Assembly: GCA_041663425.1 (NCBI GenBank)
Contig: JBAYMS010000001.1
Location: 8,884 to 72,883 of the forward strand
From: Candidatus Omnitrophota bacterium
Lineage (GTDB): Bacteria; Omnitrophota; Gorgyraeia; 2-01-FULL-45-10
Reading direction: 5' to 3'
Length of the DNA: 64,000 bases
Below the pieces are notes generated by a model, which searched no databases, had not been told where the DNA came from, and saw nothing but the letters and a program-made list of their open reading frames with translations. Within the stretch, counting starts at the first letter, position 1; each line of letters opens with the position of its first letter. Of the stretch, positions 31,864 to 39,606 are shown one piece after another. A program made the translations under genes and the position numbers.

Positions 31864-32808
31864 ATGGCAGAGAAGAAGATAGTCTGGACGAAGAAAGACC
31901 TTCTGGGGCTCGAATATCTTTCCAAAGAAGAGATCGAGCTCATTTTATATACAGCCGGAAGCTTTAAAGAAGTTACAACACGCCAGATAAAGAAAGTGCC
32001 CGCCCTGCGCGGCAAAACGGTGGTCAATTTATTCTATGAGCCCTCAACTAGAACGCGCACGTCGTTTGAACTTGCCGCAAAGCGCCTCTCAGCCGATGTC
32101 GTGAATATAGAGATAGAGACCTCCAGTGTGCGGAAAGGCGAGACCCTGATAGATACGGGGCGCAATATCGAAGCGCTGAAGATAGATATAATAGTGGTTC
32201 GGCACAACTGCAGCGGCGCTCCGATGATACTGGCGCGCAATGTGCAGGCGCGCGTGGTGAATGCCGGCGATGGATGGCATGAACATCCCACGCAGGCACT
32301 CCTGGATATGTTCACCCTGAAATCAAAACTCGGAAGAATCGAAGATCTGAAGGTAAGCATAATAGGCGACATAGCTCACTCACGTGTGGCACGGTCAAAT
32401 ATATGGGGGCTTACAAAGCTGGGCGCTAAAGTGACCGTATGCGCGCCGAAGCTTTTGGTTCCGGAAGGAATAGAAAAGATGGGCGTTAAGGTAACGACCG
32501 ACATAAGCGAAGCGCTCGAAGGGGCTGACGCGATAAATGTGCTTCGCATGCAATTTGAACGGGACGGTGCCATGGCATTTCCTTCGAAGCTGGAATATTT
32601 CAAGCAATATGGCATTACGGCCGAGCGTCTTTCGAAATGCAAAAAAGATATAGTTGTAATGCACCCGGGGCCGATAAACAGGGGCGTGGAGATGTCGAGC
32701 GAGGTAGCTGACGGGAAGAACTCGGTAATACTTGAGCAGGTGACCAACGGTATAGCGGTGAGGATGGCGGTCCTGTATCTGGTGGCTCACACAAAAGAGG
32801 CAGCATGA
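31864..32808 (+). CDS. pyrB: aspartate carbamoyltransferase catalytic subunit
   Basis: 314 aa with STRTRTSFE, HPTQALLD and HPGP motifs. Confidence 0.9.
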   Translation: MAEKKIVWTKKDLLGLEYLSKEEIELILYTAGSFKEVTTRQIKKVPALRGKTVVNLFYEPSTRTRTSFELAAKRLSADVVNIEIETSSVRKGETLIDTGRNIEALKIDIIVVRHNCSGAPMILARNVQARVVNAGDGWHEHPTQALLDMFTLKSKLGRIEDLKVSIIGDIAHSRVARSNIWGLTKLGAKVTVCAPKLLVPEGIEKMGVKVTTDISEALEGADAINVLRMQFERDGAMAFPSKLEYFKQYGITAERLSKCKKDIVVMHPGPINRGVEMSSEVADGKNSVILEQVTNGIAVRMAVLYLVAHTKEAA

Positions 32809-34094
32809 GTAAACAATATCTTATAAAAGACGGAAGAGTGGTCGATCCCGCCAATAAAATAAACGATATTTTCGATATATTAATATCCGACGGGAAAATA
32901 GAAAAAACCGGCAAAAATTTAAATATTAAATCAGGCGAGACTATCGATGCTAAAGGAAAGATAGTTGCGCCAGGATTTATAGATATGCATGTTCATTTGC
33001 GAGAGCCCGGGCGGGAAGATGAAGAGACGGTCAGAACCGGATCCAGGGCGGCAGTCCACGGAGGATTTACCAGCATCCTTTGTATGCCAAATACCGATCC
33101 GGCTATTGATAATCCGGCAGTCGTGAAAAACCTGAAAGATATAATCGCCAAAGATGCCGTCTGCAACGTTTTTATAGCCGGCGCTGTTACCGAAGGCCGC
33201 ACGGGTAAAAAACTTACCGATTTTGATAACTTAAAATCCGCGGGAGTCATAGCGCTCTCCGATGACGGATCTCCGACGCCGGATAGTATGATCGACGAAG
33301 CTCTTAAGCGTTCAATGAAAGCAGGGCTTCTGCTCACAGAGCATTGTGAAGTGCCGCGGCTATCGCAGGGCGGTGTTATGAATAAAGGATTTATTTCAAC
33401 GAAGCTTGGCCTGAAAGGCATTTCCGCGCAATCAGAATATGAAGCGGTAAAACGCAATATCGACATCGCTGAAAAATTATCCGCGCGCATCCATATTGCC
33501 CACGTCAGCTGTAAAGAGTCGGTAGAGTTTATAAGGCAAGCTAAAAAGAAAGGCGTTCAGGTTACTACGGAGACAGCGCCGCATTACTTTGCGTTGAGTG
33601 AAGAATGCTGCGCTACATATGACACAAACACCAAGATCAACCCGCCTTTGCGGAGCATGGCGGATGTTGACGCGATAAAGGCAGGGCTTGCGGACGGCAC
33701 CATAGATGTGATAGCGACAGATCATGCACCCCACACAGATTCAGAAAAAGATGTCGAGTTTGATTATGCGCCGTTCGGGAAAATAGGCCTTGAAAGCGCT
33801 TTACCTGTCAGCGTTATGGAGCTTGTCGATAAGAAGATCTTATCATGGGATGAGCTTATAAAAAAGTTGTCAGCCAATCCTGCTAAAATACTGGGCGTGC
33901 CAGGCGGTAGATTAAGTAAAGGCGATCCTGCGGATATAACCATAATAGATCCCGATAAAGAATATATATTGAAAAAAGATATTATAGAATCGAAATCAAA
34001 AAATTCACCCTTCATAGGCTGGAAGGTGAAAGGGAGAATATCCACGGTTTTTGTAAAAGGCACAATAGTAATGAAGGATGAAATAATGTTATAA
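32805..34094 (+). CDS. pyrC: dihydroorotase
   Basis: 429 aa with amidohydrolase motifs DMHVHLREPG and TDHAPH. Confidence 0.88.
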   Translation: MSKQYLIKDGRVVDPANKINDIFDILISDGKIEKTGKNLNIKSGETIDAKGKIVAPGFIDMHVHLREPGREDEETVRTGSRAAVHGGFTSILCMPNTDPAIDNPAVVKNLKDIIAKDAVCNVFIAGAVTEGRTGKKLTDFDNLKSAGVIALSDDGSPTPDSMIDEALKRSMKAGLLLTEHCEVPRLSQGGVMNKGFISTKLGLKGISAQSEYEAVKRNIDIAEKLSARIHIAHVSCKESVEFIRQAKKKGVQVTTETAPHYFALSEECCATYDTNTKINPPLRSMADVDAIKAGLADGTIDVIATDHAPHTDSEKDVEFDYAPFGKIGLESALPVSVMELVDKKILSWDELIKKLSANPAKILGVPGGRLSKGDPADITIIDPDKEYILKKDIIESKSKNSPFIGWKVKGRISTVFVKGTIVMKDEIML

Positions 34095-34105
34095 GAGGGA
34101 CAGCA

Positions 34106-35341
34106 ATGCCATTTATCGCCGACTTCCATATACACTCAAAATACTCACGCGCGACGGCAAAAGATATGGATCTGGCCTCGCTGGCAAAATGGGCGAAGAT
34201 AAAAGGCGTTGCAATGCTGGGCACCGGCGATTTTACCCACCCTTCGTGGTTTTCGGAACTTAAAAATAAATTAAAAGAAACAGATGCACCGGGCGTTTAT
34301 GAATACGAAGGCATATTATTCATACTGACGGCTGAAGTTTCAAATATATATTTTAAGGCAGGCAGGACCAGGAAAGTACACAATATAATATTTGCCCCAT
34401 CGCTTAATGCGGCTGAGGAAATAACTTCCGCAGTATCGGAATACGGCGAACTTTCCAGCGACGGCAGGCCGATCCTGAGTGTAGAATGCGACAGGATGGT
34501 CAGGCTCCTTACCAGGATAGACCCGAAGATTTTCTTTGTCCCCGCTCATGCGTGGACGCCGCACTTCAGTGTGTTCGGTTCGAATTCCGGATTTGACCTG
34601 CCCGAAGAGTGTTACGAAGACCAGACGGACAAAATATTTTCGATAGAGACCGGGTTGTCGAGCGATCCGGCCATGAACTGGCGCTGGTCCAGGCTCGACA
34701 GGTTTTGCATGACGTCCAACTCTGATGCGCATTCTCCGTCGAAAATAGGGCGCGAGGCGAATGTATTTAAAGATAAAATAAATTACACTGAGCTCATTGA
34801 TATACTTAAGAAAAAAGATAAGGCGCGGTTCCTTTACACGATAGAATTTTTTCCTGAAGAAGGAAAATACCACTGGGACGGGCACAGGGACTGCAAGGCA
34901 AGGTTTCCGCCGCGGGAAGCGATGAAGTTAAATAATATTTGCCCTGTCTGCGGCAAGAAGGTTACAATAGGTGTTATGCACAGGCTCGAAGGCCTGGCAG
35001 ACAGAAGCGAAGGATATGCCGATGCGGCGAGCCCTTCTTATAAAAGATTGGTGCCGCTGGCGGAGATCATAGGAAGTGCTTTTGGTGTAGGTACGGAATC
35101 CCTGAAGGTAGAAAGGGAATATTTCCGGTTAATTAAAAATTTCGGAACAGAATTTAATATGCTCCTGTATATGAACGAAAAGGAGCTTCGCGAAAGTCTC
35201 CCGGAGAGGATCGCCAGAGGAATTATAAACGTCCGCAGCGGCGATATCGAAATAAATCCGGGCTACGATGGAGAATACGGGAAAGTAACGGTTTTCAAAG
35301 AAGGCGACACGGCTCAGGATAAGCAGATGAGCTTCTTATAG
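34106..35341 (+). CDS. endonuclease Q (EndoQ)-like PHP-domain protein with Zn-ribbon
   Basis: 411 aa. The N-terminus ADFHIHSKYSRATAKDM...GTGDFTHPSW closely parallels the archaeal/Bacillus EndoQ N-terminus. It has PHP-type His/Asp residues and a CPVCGKKVTIGVMHR zinc-finger-like motif. Confidence 0.7.
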   Translation: MPFIADFHIHSKYSRATAKDMDLASLAKWAKIKGVAMLGTGDFTHPSWFSELKNKLKETDAPGVYEYEGILFILTAEVSNIYFKAGRTRKVHNIIFAPSLNAAEEITSAVSEYGELSSDGRPILSVECDRMVRLLTRIDPKIFFVPAHAWTPHFSVFGSNSGFDLPEECYEDQTDKIFSIETGLSSDPAMNWRWSRLDRFCMTSNSDAHSPSKIGREANVFKDKINYTELIDILKKKDKARFLYTIEFFPEEGKYHWDGHRDCKARFPPREAMKLNNICPVCGKKVTIGVMHRLEGLADRSEGYADAASPSYKRLVPLAEIIGSAFGVGTESLKVEREYFRLIKNFGTEFNMLLYMNEKELRESLPERIARGIINVRSGDIEINPGYDGEYGKVTVFKEGDTAQDKQMSFL

Positions 35342-35347
35342 GAAAAC

Positions 35348-36151
35348 ATGAAACAGCTGAACGAAAAAATACTGGATAATAAAAAGATGGGTGCAGGGTT
35401 CTGGCGCATGCGCATCTGTTCTGCGTATCTCGCCGGAAAGGCAAAGCCGGGGCAGTTTGTAGAGGTGAGGTGTTCGGCAGGCTCGGATCCGCTTTTGCGC
35501 AGGCCTTTGGGCATTCACAGGATCATAAAAGGCGGCGCGGAACTTTTATATGAAGTGGTCGGCAAAGGTACGGACATACTCTCTCAGAAGAAGAAGGGCG
35601 AGGAACTCGACCTGATAGGGCCCCTCGGAAACGGTTTTGATGTCCCCGGCCGTAAAGGGATAGCGATACTTGTTGCCGGCGGTAACGGAGTGGCTCCGTT
35701 ATTCGCGCTTGCGGAGAAAATTGAAAAGCTGGGATGGAAAGTTAAAGTGCTGATAGGTGCGCGCCACAATACGCATATTTTATGCGAAAAAGAATTTAAA
35801 TCGCTCGGGGCAGAGGTTATCGTTGCCACAGAGGATGGGTCAAAAGGACACAAAGGCCTTGTGACGCATCTACTGAAAACGGAGCTGGCAGGGGCACAAA
35901 CCGGTAAAGTAGTGAATGTATATGCCTGCGGGCCCATGGGGATGCTTAAGGCTGTCGCAAATATAGCGCGCGATTACAGAGCGCCGTGTCAGGTTTCGCT
36001 CGAGGAACGCATGGCATGCGGTGTAGGCGTGTGTCTGGGCTGCCCTGTTAAAATAAAAATAGGGCACGGGATAAACGAAGCCGGCTATACATATAAGATG
36101 GTTTGTAAAGACGGGCCTGTATTCGATGCAGAAGAAGTTTTCTGGGAATAA
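35348..36151 (+). CDS. pyrK: dihydroorotate dehydrogenase electron-transfer subunit
   Basis: 267 aa. Ferredoxin-reductase-like fold with a C-terminal Cys cluster (CGVGVCLGC). Confidence 0.85.
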   Translation: MKQLNEKILDNKKMGAGFWRMRICSAYLAGKAKPGQFVEVRCSAGSDPLLRRPLGIHRIIKGGAELLYEVVGKGTDILSQKKKGEELDLIGPLGNGFDVPGRKGIAILVAGGNGVAPLFALAEKIEKLGWKVKVLIGARHNTHILCEKEFKSLGAEVIVATEDGSKGHKGLVTHLLKTELAGAQTGKVVNVYACGPMGMLKAVANIARDYRAPCQVSLEERMACGVGVCLGCPVKIKIGHGINEAGYTYKMVCKDGPVFDAEEVFWE

Positions 36152-36155
36152 AAAT

Positions 36156-37079
36156 ATGAAACCTGATCTTCAAGTAAAAATAGGAACGCTGAAACTTAAA
36201 AACCCGGTCATGGTAGCGTCGGGGACATTCGGCGCTGAATACCGGGAGCTTGTCGATGTCGGTAAGCTGGGTGCGATAGTCACCAAGACCATTACGCTAA
36301 ACGGTCGCGCCGGCAATCCTGCCCCGAGAGTGGCGGAGGCATCTTCAGGTATGCTCAATTCGATAGGACTGGAAAACAAAGGGCTGGAAGATTTTATAAA
36401 CAAAAAAATACCGGCTTTTCCGGGCGGTGATACCAAACTTATTGTAAGTATTGCCGGAGACACCGAAGGTGAATTTACGCGCATGGTCGGAGAGCTCGAC
36501 AAAGTGAAGAAGGTGAGCGCTATAGAGATCAACCTCTCCTGCCCAAACGTAAAGCACGGCAGCAGGACCGGACTTACTGCCCAGGATGAGGACGCATCAT
36601 ACAGTGTAGTGCGCGCTGTGCGCAGGGCGACGGGACTGCCGATCATAGCGAAGCTTACTCCGAACGTAACCGATATAGCGAAGATAGCTGTGGCTGTGGA
36701 GAAGGCCGGTGCCGACGCTATCCTCGCAGTTAATACATTTGCCGCTATGGCTATCGATATCGAGACCCGCAGGCCTAAGCTCGGGAACGTGACGGGCGGT
36801 TTAAGCGGTCCGGCGATAAAACCTATAGCGCTGAAGATGATATGGGACATTTACAATAAAGTAGAAATCCCTATAATAGGTGTGGGCGGTATCATGAATT
36901 ATAAAGATGCCGTTGAATTTATGCTCTGCGGCGCGGCAGCGATACAGGTCGGCACGGCTACATTTGTAAATCCAAACACAGCGATCGAGATCATAAAAGG
37001 ACTTAATAAATACTGCAGTGATAAAAATATAAAAAATATGTCCGAGCTCGTCGGAAATATTAATATAGGCCGCTTGTAG
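36156..37079 (+). CDS. pyrD: dihydroorotate dehydrogenase (class 1B catalytic subunit)
   Basis: The start is taken at MKPDLQVKIG (36156), just after the pyrK stop, rather than the overlapping track start at 36126. Motifs include NPVMVASGTFG and EINLSCPN. Confidence 0.88.
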   Translation: MKPDLQVKIGTLKLKNPVMVASGTFGAEYRELVDVGKLGAIVTKTITLNGRAGNPAPRVAEASSGMLNSIGLENKGLEDFINKKIPAFPGGDTKLIVSIAGDTEGEFTRMVGELDKVKKVSAIEINLSCPNVKHGSRTGLTAQDEDASYSVVRAVRRATGLPIIAKLTPNVTDIAKIAVAVEKAGADAILAVNTFAAMAIDIETRRPKLGNVTGGLSGPAIKPIALKMIWDIYNKVEIPIIGVGGIMNYKDAVEFMLCGAAAIQVGTATFVNPNTAIEIIKGLNKYCSDKNIKNMSELVGNINIGRL

Positions 37080-37087
37080 AACTCGCG

Positions 37088-37120
37088 GCACTTAGCCACA
37101 CCGTGGCTTAATAAACTTGG
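37088..37120 (+). repeat. copy A of a ~33-nt 5'-leader motif (GCACTTAG-N-GTGGCTnAATAAACTTGG)
   Basis: GCACTTAGCCACACCGTGGCTTAATAAACTTGG is followed by AGcattATG of pyrF. Two more copies lie at 55046-55080 and 55098-55132. Confidence 0.6.
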
Positions 37121-37126
37121 AGCATT

Positions 37127-37840
37127 ATGACATCCATTAATAAATTGATAGTAGCGCTCGATGTAAATACCGAAGAAAAAGCGGTCGCCCTGGCTGAGAC
37201 GCTGAAAAATGAAGTGAGATTTCTCAAGATAGGCCTTGAGTTATTTTCAGCATGCGGGCCGAAGATAGTGGAGAGGATAAAAGAGACCGGCTGCGATGTA
37301 TTCCTCGACCTGAAATTTCATGACATTCCGACAACAGTTATGAAAGCCGCAGCAGCGGTAACTGCGCTCGAGCCTTTCATGTTCAATGTGCACGCGCTGG
37401 GCGGATATGAGATGATGAAACGGACTGCCGAGGCTGTAGCGAGCGAGACCTCAAGGCTCGAAATAGTAAAACCGAAAGTTCTGGCGGTGACGATACTTAC
37501 CAGCATGGACGAAAAGGCGATGAGAGAGATAGGGCTATCCTTAAATCCGAAAGACGCGGTTCTGAAATTGGCTGCTCTGGCGAAAAAAGCGGGCTTAGAC
37601 GGAGTGGTGGCTTCACCGTCCGAGACGAAAGCCATAAGGGAAGAGCTGGGCGAGGATTTTATTATAGTGACTCCGGGTGTGCGTCCGGAATGGGCCGCAG
37701 TAAATGATCAGAAGAGGGTCGCCACACCGAAAGCGGCAATAAAAGACGGCGCAAATTATATAGTTGTCGGCCGTCCGATAACGGAATATAAAGATCCTGC
37801 CGAAGCGGCCAGGCAGATACGAAAAGAGATGGAGATATGA
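37127..37840 (+). CDS. pyrF: orotidine 5'-phosphate decarboxylase
   Basis: 237 aa with VALDV and DLKFHDIPTT motifs. Confidence 0.88.
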   Translation: MTSINKLIVALDVNTEEKAVALAETLKNEVRFLKIGLELFSACGPKIVERIKETGCDVFLDLKFHDIPTTVMKAAAAVTALEPFMFNVHALGGYEMMKRTAEAVASETSRLEIVKPKVLAVTILTSMDEKAMREIGLSLNPKDAVLKLAALAKKAGLDGVVASPSETKAIREELGEDFIIVTPGVRPEWAAVNDQKRVATPKAAIKDGANYIVVGRPITEYKDPAEAARQIRKEMEI

Positions 37841-38406
37841 ACGAGAAAGAAGTTTTGGATGTATTTAATAAAAAGAATGCGTTGTTAACAGGCCATTTCA
37901 AATTATCGAGCGGCCTTCACAGTAAAAATTATCTGCAATGCGCCCTGATATTGCAGTATCCGGACATCGCGGAAGAGCTTTCGAAAGAGATAGCGAAAAG
38001 AGTTTCAAAAGAAAATATAGATGTGGTTGTAGGACCAGCTCTGGGCGGGGTAACATTTGCTTATGAGATCGCGAGAGCACTTAAAGTGCGCGGGCTATTT
38101 ACGGAACGACAGGAAGGTGCGATGGTGCTGCGCCGCGGTTTTACTATATCGCCGGGTGAGAAAGTTCTTGTGGCAGAAGACGTTATAACAACGGGCGGTT
38201 CTACTAAAGAAGTCATCGAAGTTGTAAAAAAGCTGGGCGGTATCGTGGTCGGAGTAGCGAGCATAATAGACAGAAGCTCAGAGCCTGTGGACTTCGGCGT
38301 GCCGTTTACGGCTCTTGCCAGGATAAAGGTTGAGACTTTCAAAGAAGAAGATTGTCCTCTCTGTAAGGCAAAAACCCCGATAACAAAGCCCGGCTCGAGA
38401 AAATAA
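37837..38406 (+). CDS. pyrE: orotate phosphoribosyltransferase
   Basis: 189 aa with PRTase motif VLVAEDVITTGGS. Confidence 0.88.
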   Translation: MNEKEVLDVFNKKNALLTGHFKLSSGLHSKNYLQCALILQYPDIAEELSKEIAKRVSKENIDVVVGPALGGVTFAYEIARALKVRGLFTERQEGAMVLRRGFTISPGEKVLVAEDVITTGGSTKEVIEVVKKLGGIVVGVASIIDRSSEPVDFGVPFTALARIKVETFKEEDCPLCKAKTPITKPGSRK

Positions 38407-38466
38407 GCATAAATTCTAAATTATTGCGTCCGGACGGGCGGTTATGGTATTATATTTTCCACTTTA

Positions 38467-38541
38467 GGGCAAGTAGCTCAATGGCGGAGCAATCGGTTTA
38501 CATCCGATAGGTTACAGGTTCGACCCCTGTCTTGCCCACCA
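38467..38541 (+). tRNA. tRNA-Val (anticodon TAC), encoded CCA
   Basis: GGGCAAGTAGCTCAATGGCGGAGCAATCGGTTTACATCCGATAGGTTACAGGTTCGACCCCTGTCTTGCCCACCA. The anticodon loop is TTTACAT. Confidence 0.85.
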
Positions 38542-38616
38542 CTTCTCTGAATAACCCAAGCCATGCAGTCCCGAGGAGATGTGGTTTGACTGATGCGACG
38601 AGGGACACTTAACCCT

Positions 38617-38859
38617 ATGAGCAAGTGGACTGTTTATATTCTTAAATGTAATGACGCTTCTTTATATACCGGCATTACGACCGATCTTGAAAAACGGGTA
38701 AAAAAGCACAATGAAGGCCGTGCTGCGAAGTACACGAGAGCAAAAAGGCCTGTTTCAGTGGTTTATACTGAAGGCGCTGTTAATTCATCCTCAGCTAAAA
38801 AGAGAGAAGCCGAGATAAAAAAATTATCTCGACAAGCTAAGGTAGAGCTGATAAAATAA
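38617..38859 (+). CDS. GIY-YIG (URI) domain nuclease-family protein
   Basis: WTVYILKCNDASLYTGITTDLEKRVKKHNEG matches the GIY..YIG..R..HN pattern. The start is taken at MSKW. It is sandwiched between tRNA-Val and tRNA-Asp. Confidence 0.75.
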   Translation: MSKWTVYILKCNDASLYTGITTDLEKRVKKHNEGRAAKYTRAKRPVSVVYTEGAVNSSSAKKREAEIKKLSRQAKVELIK

Positions 38860-38873
38860 GCTTCCAGATTTCC

Positions 38874-38950
38874 GGGGACGTAGTTCAGTTGGTTAGAACG
38901 TCAGATTGTCGATCTGAAGGTCGCGGGTTCGACCCCCGTCGTCCCCGCCA
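38874..38950 (+). tRNA. tRNA-Asp (anticodon GTC), encoded CCA
   Basis: GGGGACGTAGTTCAGTTGGTTAGAACGTCAGATTGTCGATCTGAAGGTCGCGGGTTCGACCCCCGTCGTCCCCGCCA. The anticodon loop is TTGTCGA. Confidence 0.85.
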
Positions 38951-38984
38951 TATAGAAACAGTAACTGGTTTAATACCAGATGAT

Positions 38985-39030
38985 TAGCCGTAACAAGTTG
39001 TAAATTCAACTGGTTACGGCTATTTTATTT
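38985..39030 (+). terminator. intrinsic terminator after tRNA-Asp
   Basis: A 15-bp stem TAGCCGTAACAAGTT / AACTGGTTACGGCTA with one mismatch and loop GTAAATTC, followed by TTTTATTT. Confidence 0.55.
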
Positions 39031-39104
39031 ATCTTGCGTGTTTTGGAAATTAGCGCTATTCTTGGAAGTGATGGCACAAAAATGGCACAGTCATAGGGCT
39101 CCGA

Positions 39105-39599
39105 ATGGCGAATAATATTGATGTTTCAAAACTTCCGCTAAGCAAGATATTGATTTTGTTTGGCGACTTAATGGATGAGCTGAAGAAAAGAGGCGTTGTT
39201 AGAACGCGTAATAATCCGGTAGCTGACTATGCCGAATGGCTAACGGTAAGAGTCTTTAGTCTTGGCATCCAAACAAGCTCTAACAAAGGCTTTGATGCCA
39301 TTGATAAAAAAGGAATTCGATACCAAATAAAAGGCCGTAGGCTCGATGCTTCAAACCCATCCCGGCAATTGGGGGTTATTCGCGATCTTGATAAAAAGGG
39401 ATTCGATTTTCTTATCGCTATCATATTTAACAAAGATTTTACTATTCACGATGCCTATAAAATTCCGCACGAGCTCATAGGCGAATACGCTCGTTATAGT
39501 AAACATCAAAATGGATATATATTACACCTTAAAGGAAAAATTCTTCTGGCAAAAGGCGTTGAGAATATTACCGGAGCATTAAGCAAAGTTTCGGCATGA
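39105..39599 (+). CDS. small hypothetical protein with PD-(D/E)xK-like motif spacing (putative nuclease-fold partner of the PHP-ATPase)
   Basis: 164 aa with E44 (DYAEW), D64 (GFDAID), Q74-I-K76 (YQIKGRR) and a hydrophobic strand FDFLIAIIF. It ends 7 nt before the next gene, which has its own GAGGAG SD. The fold assignment is by motif spacing only. Confidence 0.4.
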   Translation: MANNIDVSKLPLSKILILFGDLMDELKKRGVVRTRNNPVADYAEWLTVRVFSLGIQTSSNKGFDAIDKKGIRYQIKGRRLDASNPSRQLGVIRDLDKKGFDFLIAIIFNKDFTIHDAYKIPHELIGEYARYSKHQNGYILHLKGKILLAKGVENITGALSKVSA

Positions 39600-39606
39600 G
39601 GAGATT

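Noticed and set aside
37100-37120. The GTGGCTnAATAAACTTGG part of the recurrent motif read as a sigma54 -24/-12 promoter.
   Set aside because: The spacing between the TGGC and TTG elements is 2 nt too long, and the -12 GC dinucleotide is GG. It does not fit the consensus.
39072-39087. TGGCACAAAAATGGCA upstream of the 164-aa island gene resembles a sigma54 promoter (TGGCAC-N5-TTGCA), with correct GG/GC spacing.
   Set aside because: The -12 element reads TGGCA, not TTGCA. The predicted transcription start (~39098) would leave only ~7 nt before the ATG at 39105 and exclude the GGG SD-like sequence. No enhancer-binding protein gene is nearby. I treat it as a coincidental duplicated ATGGCACA.
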